Shown here piece by piece: positions 29,555 to 39,511 of a stretch of DNA of 61,387 bases. A program made the position numbers and the translations under genes. Position 1 is the stretch's first letter; each line of letters opens with the position of its first letter. This DNA is from a virus (taxonomy: Duplodnaviria; Caudoviricetes), in the IMG/VR virus record IMGVR_UViG_3300027721_000016, positions 1-61,387 of that record; one strand, 5' to 3'. Below the pieces are notes generated by a model. It was given only the letters and a program-made list of their open reading frames with translations, was not told the origin of the DNA and ran no database searches.

Positions 29555-30310
29555 CTAGCTCACAAACACCGCCATGCACCATGCAGGATCTGCCGCGCGG
29601 TGCCGCAAATCGCTAAGCACCGACGGCACGTCAAACCCAGCGTCGATCAGCTTCGCGACTCCGCCTGCACCCACATGGCCGCTTTCCAGCTCAGCTTTCG
29701 ACAACAGCACTTTGCCTGGTCGACTAGGATCAATACGCAGCATATCTATCAGCTTCAAGTCTAGATGCAACTTGGCTCGATCGATATAAGTTGGCTCATA
29801 GTCACATCCTGCCAAGAAGTACTCGCGGGAAGTGCTCACACCGCCGTTCAATCTGATCATTGCCTGCCAGGTCGTCTTTTTGTAGGTTCTGGTTAGGGAA
29901 ACCACAAACGGCGGCTCTGGTGGGTCGGTCAGTATGGAGCGCGGCGTTCTTTCGGGTAATGAGAATACTTCCGAAAGATCCCTTGCCACTAGCTGCTTGT
30001 CACCTGGCTTAGGCTCTCTTTTCGGGAAGCGAATGACACCGACGCCTTCAGAGGTCGCGTACCACGCATTGCTCCTGTAGAGCTTGCCCGCGCTCTGTTT
30101 TGCGCCGGGGATCTCTGCCGTCATCAGGTGGTGGCAGTTGGGACAGATCACGTTGCCGCCTGATAGCAGTGGCGCATTACAAAAGCTGTCACTGAAAATG
30201 GGAGGATGGCCTTCTGGGGTGGGTTCACCACAGAAAACGCAATTTCCTGTCATATTGCCATGCACCGGATCGATCTTCCGAGCCATCACGACCAATTCAG
30301 ATAGGTTCAT
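29555..30310 (-). CDS. csf1: Type IV CRISPR large subunit (Csf1, Cas8-like)
   Basis: N-terminal Zn finger CVFC...CPNC; ILTDPPEPPFVV...KK..W motif. Confidence 0.8.
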   Translation of the reverse strand: MNLSELVVMARKIDPVHGNMTGNCVFCGEPTPEGHPPIFSDSFCNAPLLSGGNVICPNCHHLMTAEIPGAKQSAGKLYRSNAWYATSEGVGVIRFPKREPKPGDKQLVARDLSEVFSLPERTPRSILTDPPEPPFVVSLTRTYKKTTWQAMIRLNGGVSTSREYFLAGCDYEPTYIDRAKLHLDLKLIDMLRIDPSRPGKVLLSKAELESGHVGAGGVAKLIDAGFDVPSVLSDLRHRAADPAWCMAVFVS

Positions 30311-30319
30311 GTATCTTCC

Positions 30320-31042
30320 TCAATTTTGTTCGATCCTGGGGGCCAAAAGATAGCTAACGGCTATGTCCTTTCCCACCGAAAACATTATGCGGCTCGGATA
30401 ATCCACCCCGGTTTCCACAGTCGTCTCATTGCCGGATGCTACTTTTGCAATGTCTTCCAAGTATTCCAGAGAAAACAGAGACCTACTTATCCCCTGCCGG
30501 ATGCCGCTCAGTTCCGACAAGACGAAGTCGGCCCGGAACGAGTCTACGCCGGACTCGGAGACTATCGAAAACGTGTCCTCGTTTTGCTCTAAGGTAGCTG
30601 CTTCGCAGACTTTAACGGCGTTTTTCACAGCGGTGTATAGGTCGCTTCCCGCTATGGTCACAGCACATGGCAGATCGATAGATGGTATCCTCGGATTGGC
30701 CTTCAGGCTGGAAGGGTCAATCAGGGACATGATGAACGAGGATCGGCCCTGCTTGATTCGGAGCTTATGGTTGGCCTCATCTAGCTCCATGCTGATAGGC
30801 TCGCCTTTGCCGATCATGCTGCCCAATTTATCAATGTCCACCGCGATTTCGCAGTTGGTAGCTTCGAAGTGCTCAAATGCGTCCTTGCCAGCGACCAGCG
30901 ACACCATAGCCACGTTGGCCGGGTCGACGGTCTCTATTCGCAGGCCGTCAGGCGAAATGCCCATTCGGATTTCGGTTTGGATGCTGCTTATAGAGGCTAT
31001 GATGCTGTTTAGGGATTCGGGTTTTATGACTGCTTTAAACAA
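30320..31042 (-). CDS. pcn: PCNA sliding clamp
   Basis: MFKA..., VDPANVAMVSL, SLFSLEYL, YLLAPRIE. Confidence 0.93.
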   Translation of the reverse strand: MFKAVIKPESLNSIIASISSIQTEIRMGISPDGLRIETVDPANVAMVSLVAGKDAFEHFEATNCEIAVDIDKLGSMIGKGEPISMELDEANHKLRIKQGRSSFIMSLIDPSSLKANPRIPSIDLPCAVTIAGSDLYTAVKNAVKVCEAATLEQNEDTFSIVSESGVDSFRADFVLSELSGIRQGISRSLFSLEYLEDIAKVASGNETTVETGVDYPSRIMFSVGKDIAVSYLLAPRIEQN

Positions 31043-31043
31043 G

Positions 31044-31295
31044 TTAAATCACCTTCAATTCAAATGTTAGGTCGTTGTCGATCATGATTTTTTCCAGCGT
31101 GGCGGGTAGCGATTTCTGCACCGCGCGTTCGATCAACGAACCTACCTCGCGATCTACCCGGTCTTTCACAGATTCGACTATGCTGGTATAGTCGTAACCC
31201 AGTCTTTCGCCGCAATCGTCGCAGATACGCAGTTTGGCATAACGCTTGAAGTGCTTCGATATGCAGCGTTCCTTTTCACAGAGTTTACAGAACAT
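31044..31295 (-). CDS. Small Zn-finger protein
   Basis: CKLC...CDDC. Confidence 0.5.
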   Translation of the reverse strand: MFCKLCEKERCISKHFKRYAKLRICDDCGERLGYDYTSIVESVKDRVDREVGSLIERAVQKSLPATLEKIMIDNDLTFELKVI

Positions 31296-31305
31296 GTTTT
31301 ACACC

Positions 31306-31692
31306 TCAGTTTTCTATTTCTGCATAACTGTTCTCGTTTTCGTAGACTCTGACACGGATAACGTTCATATCTCTTCTGAGCATATCTAAAATATGAACCG
31401 CAATATTTTCAGCCGTCGGGTTAGCATCCAACCCCATGACATGTGTTTTCATAAACAACAATTCAAACATGGGATCTGCTTTGTTTAAGATTGTGGTATG
31501 GTCTAGCATGCCAATTTTTTCCTTGACGTCGAAGAAATCTACCAGCATGCCAAAGCGATCTTGTTTCATTCCTTCAAGCCATACTTCTGCTATGAACCCA
31601 TGTCCGTGGAGGTTTTGGCATTTTCCGGGATACTCAAAAAGCCTATGCGCTGCATCAAATTTCACTTTCGTGTGTATGATCATAAAGAACAC
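31306..31692 (-). CDS. queD: 6-carboxytetrahydropterin synthase (QueD)
   Basis: FDAAHRL..Y.GKCQNLHGH, GMLVDF, LDH..LN, PTAENIA, VYE. Confidence 0.92.
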   Translation of the reverse strand: MFFMIIHTKVKFDAAHRLFEYPGKCQNLHGHGFIAEVWLEGMKQDRFGMLVDFFDVKEKIGMLDHTTILNKADPMFELLFMKTHVMGLDANPTAENIAVHILDMLRRDMNVIRVRVYENENSYAEIEN

Positions 31693-32459
31693 TCCTTGGA
31701 TAAATATCTATAGTAATTAGTCAAATTCAAGGCGCAAAGCGTCATGAATGGCGCATAACCAGAACCTGGCAATGCCACCATGCGCTTAACTACATTTTCT
31801 TCTGGCGCTACAAATGGACTCCAGTAGATCTTTTTGATTGTATGGGTGGATATGAAAGAGCTATCCATGCTAACTACGTGGTCCCGTGCGGCTTTGAAGT
31901 TTGCTACCTGCTCTTTTGGATTCCCGCCTAACAAATGGAGCTTTACGTCGTATTCCAGGTAGCTTGTCATTGGTATAGGCTTGGATTTTCCGAATGCCTC
32001 GCCGTTGGGCCTGCCAACGATCCACCCTGGTTTCAGGACGTTTACGATTTCCTTCAATCCCCTTTCGCTTTTTGGTATCAATATAACTTTTTCACAATAC
32101 TTATTAGCATCCTCCGCAAATGATACGATTTCATCTAATGGGTGATATTTCAGTCCGATCTCCCGGCATTGCTCTTCCGAGAAATAATCTACCACCGATG
32201 TCGTTTTGGGATGGTATTTTTCCAATGCATCCAAATGCTTCGCATGATCGTAGTTCATGAAATCATTATCTATGAACTGGATTTTGTCATTCTGGCATTT
32301 GAAAGTCTTATCTGATCGCATTCCCAATTTGAAGCCGAAGGCAGTCGCCAAACAGCACATCGGCATTTTCAGAGGTATGCTACCACAGATAAAAATATCT
32401 ATATCCGGTAGCTTATACTCAGTTTTTCCGGCAGGCTCGCCGGTCAAGCTCGTTTGCAT
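31680..32459 (-). CDS. TGT/DpdA-like TIM-barrel protein, putative 7-deazaguanine DNA transglycosylase
   Basis: FIDN, KLHLLGG and VSMDSS motifs; directly upstream of queD. Confidence 0.55.
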   Translation of the reverse strand: MQTSLTGEPAGKTEYKLPDIDIFICGSIPLKMPMCCLATAFGFKLGMRSDKTFKCQNDKIQFIDNDFMNYDHAKHLDALEKYHPKTTSVVDYFSEEQCREIGLKYHPLDEIVSFAEDANKYCEKVILIPKSERGLKEIVNVLKPGWIVGRPNGEAFGKSKPIPMTSYLEYDVKLHLLGGNPKEQVANFKAARDHVVSMDSSFISTHTIKKIYWSPFVAPEENVVKRMVALPGSGYAPFMTLCALNLTNYYRYLSKECSL

Positions 32460-34675
32460 GGTTCAAACCTCGCTGTAAACATATCAAGTCCTATCTGTTT
32501 TGGTTTTTTGCTCTCTGATGCAGCTCTTTCCAGATTCAACGCCGCTTGTGTGTAATAGCTTTCCTTCAGCTCAAATCCAATGAACTTTCTGTCATTGAGC
32601 AAAGCAACGTGCCCAGTGCTACCTATGCCCGCGAATGGGTCTAGGACCGTATCTCCCGGATTTGTCCATAGATCAATAGCTCTCTTGATTACTGGGAGCT
32701 GGAGGGGACAAATGTGGCGGTCGTCTTCTTCCGCCCTGGCTGATCTATATTGCAGGGTATCGCCCGCGTCTATATCCGTCCAGATTGGACTGGCGTAGTG
32801 TTGCCAAACCGCTACCGGGAAGCTCTCGTTGGTATGTTCAACTGGTTCCGGGTTGGTTCCTGGTTTCACAAAGGTTACCAGGTAATCGGCTATGCCTTGC
32901 CGGCATCTACAAGAGTCCTTTTTCAGTTGTTTATGGAGCAGTCCAAGGGCTTTAGTTCTCTGCATAGCGGTTACTGGATCTTTCCAGATGCAAACCTCGG
33001 AATGATATATGAATCCGGCTGCTTGAAATATCCTGATCAGGTCTCCTCTAAAGTCCTTGATTCCTATGTAGCCATCGCGTTCTTTTGTAGTTGGCAAGTT
33101 CATACAGTGGACCGACATTAAGCGACCTGGCATCAATACTCGAAAAAGATCGGGCGCTAGGTATCCGAAATGTGCATAGAACTCTTCGCTGTTTTGGCAA
33201 TTTCCCAAATCAGAAGGTGAGTTTGTGTATGTGTATAACGACTGGAATGGCGGAGAATATACGCTAAAGTGTATGGAATTATCGGCAATGGTTTTGATTT
33301 CATTACAGCTATCCCCGAGTCTCAATTCCCACCCATCGCCTTTCGATGTCTCATTTCGCAGGGTTTCCGTCACCCTCTCAGAGCTTTTCAGGTTTTCTTT
33401 GGCAATTTCCTGGGTTTCAGATATCATTCCTTTTAACATAATTCCAAACTCCTTTTCCTTTCGCTTGATGTTCTTGACTACCGCGCCTTCCGCTTCTGAG
33501 GTGACTACATAAACTTGAACTGGATACTGTTGACCGAATCGCCAGCACCGGCGCACTGCCTGGTAATATTGCTCGAAGCTATCCGACAGTCCGGTGAATA
33601 TCATTTTATGGCAGCATTGGAAATTTAACCCAAATCCAAAAATTGAAGACTTGGATATTAGCACTTTGATCTTTCCAGCGGCAAAATCTCTAGCAGCTTG
33701 TGCTTTTTTCTCATGATCATCAGAGCCACGTATTTCTATAGATCCTGGTATGGCCTTCTTCAAAGCATCAGCTTCAACATTCAGATCGCACCAAACCAGC
33801 CACGGGCCATCCGATGCATTCACGATATCTGCAACCCTCGATACCCGCATATCAAGGCTATTTCGCCGCGCTCCTCTGCGATCTTGTAAAGTCAGAGCCT
33901 CTTTCACTATATAACCGGTCTTATCCACCACAATCTGTTCTATAGTCAATGGCGGCAGCTTGAAGCCATTGTCTTCATATCCGAGATCGCTCGGCATCTG
34001 AAGCATAACAGCCCATGATGCCACCCATTGCCAGAAAGCTCCTTTGGCGTGCCCTTTGAGTCTCCATTTTGATGTATCGCTCCCATCATGCAGGAAATAC
34101 ATACTAAGCATTTCGGTTCTTGTCATGATGTTCAAGAATTCTGCATGATTGCCTAGCTCCATGTGGTCATTTGGGGCGGGCGTCGCGGTGCAAGCCAGCC
34201 TGTAAGGTGTCTCTCGAAATGCTTCTATGATTTGCGTCCTTACTTTTCCCTCAAAACTTTTTAAGATGCTGGATTCGTCTAATACGATGCCAGTAAACGA
34301 TTTTGCATCAAAATGGTCTAGCATTTCGTAGTTGGTGATATTGATCCCTGGCAAAACATCTGATTGACTCCGGCAAATATTGACTTTTATGTCAAACTTG
34401 CCGCCTTCGTTGGCCGTTTGTTGGACCACAGCCAACGGCGCGAGGATTAGCACATCGCCGCCTGAATGCTTGCAAACTTGATCGGCCCATGATAACTGAA
34501 TAGCGGTCTTGCCTAATCCGGTCCCTGCGAACACCGCTGCCTTGCCTTTCTTGCAGGCCCATTTTGTAATATCTGCTTGAAATGGAAAGAGCTTATCGCT
34601 TATGCCTTCTGCTTGAAATCCGGATGGGATGGCCTTAAATTGCTTAGATGCCAGGAATTCGTTATAGTCCTGCAT
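32444..34675 (-). CDS. SF2 (SNF2-like) helicase fused to an N4C/N6A DNA methyltransferase
   Basis: GTGLGKT, LDESS, TATP, QAVRRCWRFGQ; MTase motifs SPPF and LDPFAGIGST. Confidence 0.9.
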   Translation of the reverse strand: MQDYNEFLASKQFKAIPSGFQAEGISDKLFPFQADITKWACKKGKAAVFAGTGLGKTAIQLSWADQVCKHSGGDVLILAPLAVVQQTANEGGKFDIKVNICRSQSDVLPGINITNYEMLDHFDAKSFTGIVLDESSILKSFEGKVRTQIIEAFRETPYRLACTATPAPNDHMELGNHAEFLNIMTRTEMLSMYFLHDGSDTSKWRLKGHAKGAFWQWVASWAVMLQMPSDLGYEDNGFKLPPLTIEQIVVDKTGYIVKEALTLQDRRGARRNSLDMRVSRVADIVNASDGPWLVWCDLNVEADALKKAIPGSIEIRGSDDHEKKAQAARDFAAGKIKVLISKSSIFGFGLNFQCCHKMIFTGLSDSFEQYYQAVRRCWRFGQQYPVQVYVVTSEAEGAVVKNIKRKEKEFGIMLKGMISETQEIAKENLKSSERVTETLRNETSKGDGWELRLGDSCNEIKTIADNSIHFSVYSPPFQSLYTYTNSPSDLGNCQNSEEFYAHFGYLAPDLFRVLMPGRLMSVHCMNLPTTKERDGYIGIKDFRGDLIRIFQAAGFIYHSEVCIWKDPVTAMQRTKALGLLHKQLKKDSCRCRQGIADYLVTFVKPGTNPEPVEHTNESFPVAVWQHYASPIWTDIDAGDTLQYRSARAEEDDRHICPLQLPVIKRAIDLWTNPGDTVLDPFAGIGSTGHVALLNDRKFIGFELKESYYTQAALNLERAASESKKPKQIGLDMFTARFEPCKRA

Positions 34676-34807
34676 TGAAGTACCTCTGGCAAAATTCTAG
34701 CAATTTGCCTTTGCACTCTCCTTCTTCTTGGTTATCGAAAGAACTCGGAGTAAATTGCCTGCAATCGGCGCATCCGAGATGGTCGGTGTCTTTGAAAGAT
34801 AACATCC

Positions 34808-35164
34808 TCATAGCTCTTCCGCCCTCCTACAATTCCCTTTAGCCTTCTCAATCGGATACCGTTGGCCGTTGATGGCTATTTTTTTCCTGGTAGATGCCAA
34901 CAAATCTATCCCCATCTTATCGCAGAACTGGAGAAGGTAAATAAACACATCGGCGACTTCATCAGACAACTGATCATGGAGGGCATTGGGGCAATTCTTC
35001 CATGACAGGTTATCATTTTCCCATTGGAAGGCTTGAAGCAATTCGTTGGCTTCTAAGCTAATAGAGATCGCGAGGTTTTTTGGGGTGTGGAATTTCTGCC
35101 AATCGCGATCTGAAGCGAATTTGGCAAGATCCATCTCCAGTTGGCCTATTTCAGTTAGGGGCAT
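34808..35164 (-). CDS. MazG-like nucleotide pyrophosphohydrolase (dCTPase-like)
   Basis: RDWQKFHTPKNLAISISLEANEL...DEVADV. Confidence 0.88.
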   Translation of the reverse strand: MPLTEIGQLEMDLAKFASDRDWQKFHTPKNLAISISLEANELLQAFQWENDNLSWKNCPNALHDQLSDEVADVFIYLLQFCDKMGIDLLASTRKKIAINGQRYPIEKAKGNCRRAEEL

Positions 35165-35518
35165 TTATTCTTCCTCACATTCATGGCTATCCACATAATG
35201 ATTTAGAGCCTCATCTTCGCTGGCAAATGGGCCTTCTGATTCAGAGTCTATATCCCAATACCAGCCTTCTGGTAGTTGGTATGTCTTGGGGATAAGGTTC
35301 ATGCTTTTCCTCCATAGAAGGCCATCAGCTTCTCGTAGTTCATCCTTTCCCATCGATCCATTGGCATGGTCCTAAGTTGCTGATGAATTTGGCCATAGGC
35401 TTTCGCCCTGGCTACTTCTTCTTGGATTGTCATTTTTCGCATACCCCTTATAGGTATTTCATAGCATATAAACGTATCTACGAAAACTTTATAACCTAAC
35501 AAAACAATACTTCTAACC

Positions 35519-35677
35519 ATGAAAGACTATCATGTCCCACTGAAAATAATAGCTGGTGGAAGGGTGACTATACCAGAAGAGGTACGGCGAAAGCTGAAGG
35601 TGACGGTTGGGGATGTCGTAGATGTGACGTTCGCGGCAGAAGAAAAGAAGGATGCTCTCGCAGACACGAGAGCGTAG
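35519..35677 (+). CDS. AbrB/MazE-family regulator (not in ORF track)
   Basis: GGRVTIPEEVRRKLKVTVGDVV; leaderless after TATA at a divergent promoter. Confidence 0.8.
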   Translation: MKDYHVPLKIIAGGRVTIPEEVRRKLKVTVGDVVDVTFAAEEKKDALADTRA

Positions 35678-35808
35678 GTGATTCAAATGGCCAATAAGAA
35701 GAATGCCACCTATCCTATAAATAAGCATCGATGCGCTAAGAAAGGATGCTTGACTGATCCGGTTTTGTGCAAGCCGGGCATGTGTCCGGATTATACGAGG
35801 CGGTCTGG

Positions 35809-36546
35809 ATGATGCTTGCCTTGGATCAAGAAGAGGCGCGTATTCAAGCCGAACCGGGGTTAAAAGGAACCTGCCCGGTATGCAAGACCGATGTAATACC
35901 CAAATGTGGCGAAATCAAGACGTGGCATTGGGCGCACAAGTCTCTAAGAGACTGCGATACATGGAGCGAACCCGAAAGCGATTGGCATTATAACTGGAAG
36001 ATGGAAGCAGGGCTTGAAAACACCGAAATTGTCATCCAAAAAGACGGCAAAGTCCACCGGGCCGATATTAAAACCACGCGAGGACTGGTTATAGAGCTTC
36101 AGCATTCTCCATTGTCGCCACAAGAAGTCCGAGAACGGGAAGAATTCTATGGAAACATGGTATGGGTCATTGATGGAGACGAAGTTTGCCCCGGATTCAT
36201 ATTTGAGCAAAACGTTTCCAGAGAGGAGAGTCTGTACTTTAAGCACGGTGGAATTAAAAAAGCATGGGTAAACGAGATTACTAAGCCATGTTTTATTCAT
36301 TTCTCGGAAAGAAGATATGATACATATTATTATTACAACGAGTTTAAACTTTACGAAGGGATATTAAACAAAAGTCTTAGGAAAGACGTTGTGCAAGGCG
36401 GAACAAAACAGCTAACGGATGTCATGATACACCTACACAACTGGGTTAAAAATAAAAGATATTGTAGCTTGATGTCCAAGAGCGATTTCATCACAAAATT
36501 CATTCCAGTGGCACCGCGACGCCAAAAATCATTATTCGCGTTCTGA
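35809..36546 (+). CDS. CoiA-like nuclease
   Basis: CPVC...KCG....WHWAH..C, ESDWH, HRADI...VIELQHS. Confidence 0.82.
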   Translation: MMLALDQEEARIQAEPGLKGTCPVCKTDVIPKCGEIKTWHWAHKSLRDCDTWSEPESDWHYNWKMEAGLENTEIVIQKDGKVHRADIKTTRGLVIELQHSPLSPQEVREREEFYGNMVWVIDGDEVCPGFIFEQNVSREESLYFKHGGIKKAWVNEITKPCFIHFSERRYDTYYYYNEFKLYEGILNKSLRKDVVQGGTKQLTDVMIHLHNWVKNKRYCSLMSKSDFITKFIPVAPRRQKSLFAF

Positions 36547-36549
36547 GGT

Positions 36550-37506
36550 GTGAAAATGGAAAAAATATTAGCACGAGGATTGGACAGAATACCAGAACAG
36601 CTCAGAAAGACAGATTTCAGATTTGTAAGAATCGATATTGGCAGCAAGAAGACTTTTGAGAAATCTTGGAATGTCCCAGGCAGCAAAACCAATTATTCTA
36701 TAGATGATCCTAAATTCTTGTCATGGATTGGATCTAATCAGAACTATGGGGTGGTTGCCGGTGTTGGCGGCCTGATTGTCTTTGATGCCGATGGCCTGAC
36801 GAGGTTGACAGAGCTGGGAGTCATTGCCGAACTACCAGACACTTTCACTGTCAGAACCGGCGGGGGCGGATTACATCTCTATTACCTGTCAGATCTTGAT
36901 CAGAAAATAATCATGTATGATAGGTTGCTACTGGATGAAGGCAAGCCGCTACACCTCGGAGAAGTCCAATCAAGAGGGTTTCAAGCCGTTTGCCCCGGAT
37001 CGATCCACCCAAACGGCAAAGCCTACACCATTGAAAGAGACCTGCCCATAGCGTCCTTAGATTCAACTATATTGAAAGGCATTCTTTCCAAATATGTAGA
37101 TTATGGATTTGATGAGGCCGTGCCGGAAAAGAAGCGACTTAAGGTGGTTATGGTTGACCCAAACATCAGAGATCCTTTCGATGGCGTCAGAGTAGAAGAT
37201 ATTTTGTATCCAAACAAGGCGAAAAAATCGCCGGGCCAAATCAAGGGTGCGCACCCCATCCATGGTTCCGTTGGTGGCAACAACCTGATAATTGACCTCA
37301 AAGACAACTCATGGCATTGCTGGAGATGTTGCTCTGGGGGCGGCCCAGCGCTGGCGATAGCGGTAAAAGAAGGCATTGTCCGATGTGATCAGGCGCGCTC
37401 GGGTGTGCTCAGAGGCGATCTATTCAAGCAGACGGTAGACATTGCCAGGGCAAAGGGATATACTGATAAAAAATCGACCAATTGCAGAGTCGAGCGGGTG
37501 GTGTAA
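36550..37506 (+). CDS. Bifunctional primase-polymerase with C-terminal Zn domain
   Basis: NYGV, VFDAD, VRTGGGGLHLYY, PGSIHPNG; H...WHCWRC. Confidence 0.85.
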   Translation: MKMEKILARGLDRIPEQLRKTDFRFVRIDIGSKKTFEKSWNVPGSKTNYSIDDPKFLSWIGSNQNYGVVAGVGGLIVFDADGLTRLTELGVIAELPDTFTVRTGGGGLHLYYLSDLDQKIIMYDRLLLDEGKPLHLGEVQSRGFQAVCPGSIHPNGKAYTIERDLPIASLDSTILKGILSKYVDYGFDEAVPEKKRLKVVMVDPNIRDPFDGVRVEDILYPNKAKKSPGQIKGAHPIHGSVGGNNLIIDLKDNSWHCWRCCSGGGPALAIAVKEGIVRCDQARSGVLRGDLFKQTVDIARAKGYTDKKSTNCRVERVV

Positions 37507-39356
37507 TGCCAACGGTTCGCGAGTATAAGATGATTCTAGAAGACGGGTCTTTATATGCCAGATTAGACGATAAAAATATGTGGTTTTGTGAGATAAAAGG
37601 AGCATCAAAATGGTTTGCAATAATACGAAATAACGAACCGGTTTGGGTGTCTTGTCGCAAATGGGATGGATTGCCGAAGGTATTCAATATTGATGAAGCG
37701 GCCTGGAATGAGTTTAGGCAGGGAGTTCAACAGAAAGAAGAATCTATACAAGACGATCATAAAAAAAGCATGGAAGATGAAGAGGGCATAACAAATGAGA
37801 TCAAGGAAAAGGCAAACGGGATTTTGAAAAGCGGCCATCCAATCAAATTCTTCCTAGATACTTATAACAAAATTCATGTAGGGGATCGCGATCTGGGGCA
37901 TTTACTAATGTATTGCACAGGCAGCCAGCTTAATAAAACCAGCAACGGCCTGCACCCGAAGCTTTCAGGAGAATCTGGCATGGGGAAGTCAGACGCCGTT
38001 GAGACGTTTTTGCATTGCCTGCCGAAATGCGCATACATTAAGACATCGCTATCAAGCAAAGCGATATTCTATCATGACATAAAACCAGGAACTATTATAT
38101 TTCTGGATGATTATAAGCAAAACGATGATCTGGATGCCATAATCAAGCAGACATCAAGCAGATTTCATGAACCATATCAGCACATGACGATAGACAAGGA
38201 CCGGGAAGCTCAGATTATGGTGGCCCCTCCAGAAATCGTGTGGGCCATAACGTCAGTAGACAGCAGCCAAGATATTCAAGTGCTGAATAGGCAAGTAGGA
38301 CTCGATGTAGATGGCTCCGAAGACCAAACCAAAGCTGTCATAGAACACTTGTTATCGCAGGCTGAAACCGGCGAGGAGCGGTTCCCTATTACAGAAGATG
38401 TTCTGATATGCCGGGCGATGGTTTTGGAGCTAAAGAAGCACAATTTCAAGGTTGTTATTCCTTTTGCAAAACGTATTAAGTGGGAGGATTTTAGTAGCCG
38501 TCGCAATCCCTCAATATTCTTGGACTTGGTCAGGGCAAATGCTGTCTGGCATTTCATGCAGCGAATTGTATTGGACGATGAGTATCTTTCAGCTACTGAG
38601 CAGGATTTTACTGATGCAAAGTCATTGTACTTGGGCAGGGCAGATACCCTAATCGACAAGCTATCGAAGCCGGAGAGGCGGCTTGCTGAGGCAATATTAC
38701 AAAACGGGGGGGAGATGTATAGAGAGGAAGCGGCGGAAAAGCTGAAAGTGTCGGTGAATAGGATCAGCCAGTTAGTACATGGTGAGAATGGCAAAACCGG
38801 CCTGTTGCAAAAGCTGCCGGGTTTTAATGTCGATAAAGTGATGCTAAAAGACGACGTAAGAAATATTAGCAAAATTATGTTAACATTGGTAGGATACAAT
38901 AGGTTTAATGGATTCGATACAATCGTTATGCTGGAGCCGTGTAAGGAGGATAAGGACGGTGTAAGTGACGAACTTACACCCAAAACCGTAAGCGGTGATA
39001 TAAGTAGTAAGTTAGTAAGTTATAATAATAATATATGTAAGGGTAATTTACATACGTCCAAAGACACAAAGTTAAATTCTACATTGAACCCCAAAAATGC
39101 CTTACAAAGCTTACTACGACAACAGGAGGCGCATTCAGCTCCTTACGGCCAACCTAACACCGTGCTTACCGACGAGGAGAAAATGTTAAAATCGATAGCA
39201 GACCAAGAAAGAGAAGAGCATTTCAGAACACCGCTGAAGTGTGAAGAATGTGGCGATCGTGTTACTAAGCTATATGACATTGGTGAAGGCGAGTTTGTGA
39301 TGAGGTTTTGCAAGAGCTGCTATGATGTATATATGGAGGATATTAGCGGCATCTGA
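37506..39356 (+). CDS. Replicative P-loop helicase/initiator with wHTH and C-terminal Zn finger
   Basis: Walker A GESGMGKS, Walker B FLDD; follows the prim-pol. Confidence 0.75.
   Translation: MPTVREYKMILEDGSLYARLDDKNMWFCEIKGASKWFAIIRNNEPVWVSCRKWDGLPKVFNIDEAAWNEFRQGVQQKEESIQDDHKKSMEDEEGITNEIKEKANGILKSGHPIKFFLDTYNKIHVGDRDLGHLLMYCTGSQLNKTSNGLHPKLSGESGMGKSDAVETFLHCLPKCAYIKTSLSSKAIFYHDIKPGTIIFLDDYKQNDDLDAIIKQTSSRFHEPYQHMTIDKDREAQIMVAPPEIVWAITSVDSSQDIQVLNRQVGLDVDGSEDQTKAVIEHLLSQAETGEERFPITEDVLICRAMVLELKKHNFKVVIPFAKRIKWEDFSSRRNPSIFLDLVRANAVWHFMQRIVLDDEYLSATEQDFTDAKSLYLGRADTLIDKLSKPERRLAEAILQNGGEMYREEAAEKLKVSVNRISQLVHGENGKTGLLQKLPGFNVDKVMLKDDVRNISKIMLTLVGYNRFNGFDTIVMLEPCKEDKDGVSDELTPKTVSGDISSKLVSYNNNICKGNLHTSKDTKLNSTLNPKNALQSLLRQQEAHSAPYGQPNTVLTDEEKMLKSIADQEREEHFRTPLKCEECGDRVTKLYDIGEGEFVMRFCKSCYDVYMEDISGI
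38941..39169. repeat. Convergent GTAAG/CTTAC pentamer iterons around an AT-rich core, putative replication origin
   Basis: GTAAG at 38941, 38961, 38988, 39007, 39015, 39037; CTTAC at 38973, 39101, 39110, 39142, 39165; AT core 39021-39036. Confidence 0.65.
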
Positions 39357-39511
39357 GTACATCTATAACCTGACACTTATATAATCATCCAGCGATAGGT
39401 AGCGCATGAATGTATATACAAAAGATGTAAACTATATAGAGACAATATTTTTGCCCATTATCTATATAGACTATATACAATACATGGGGCTAATAAAAGG
39501 AGATATGATAC

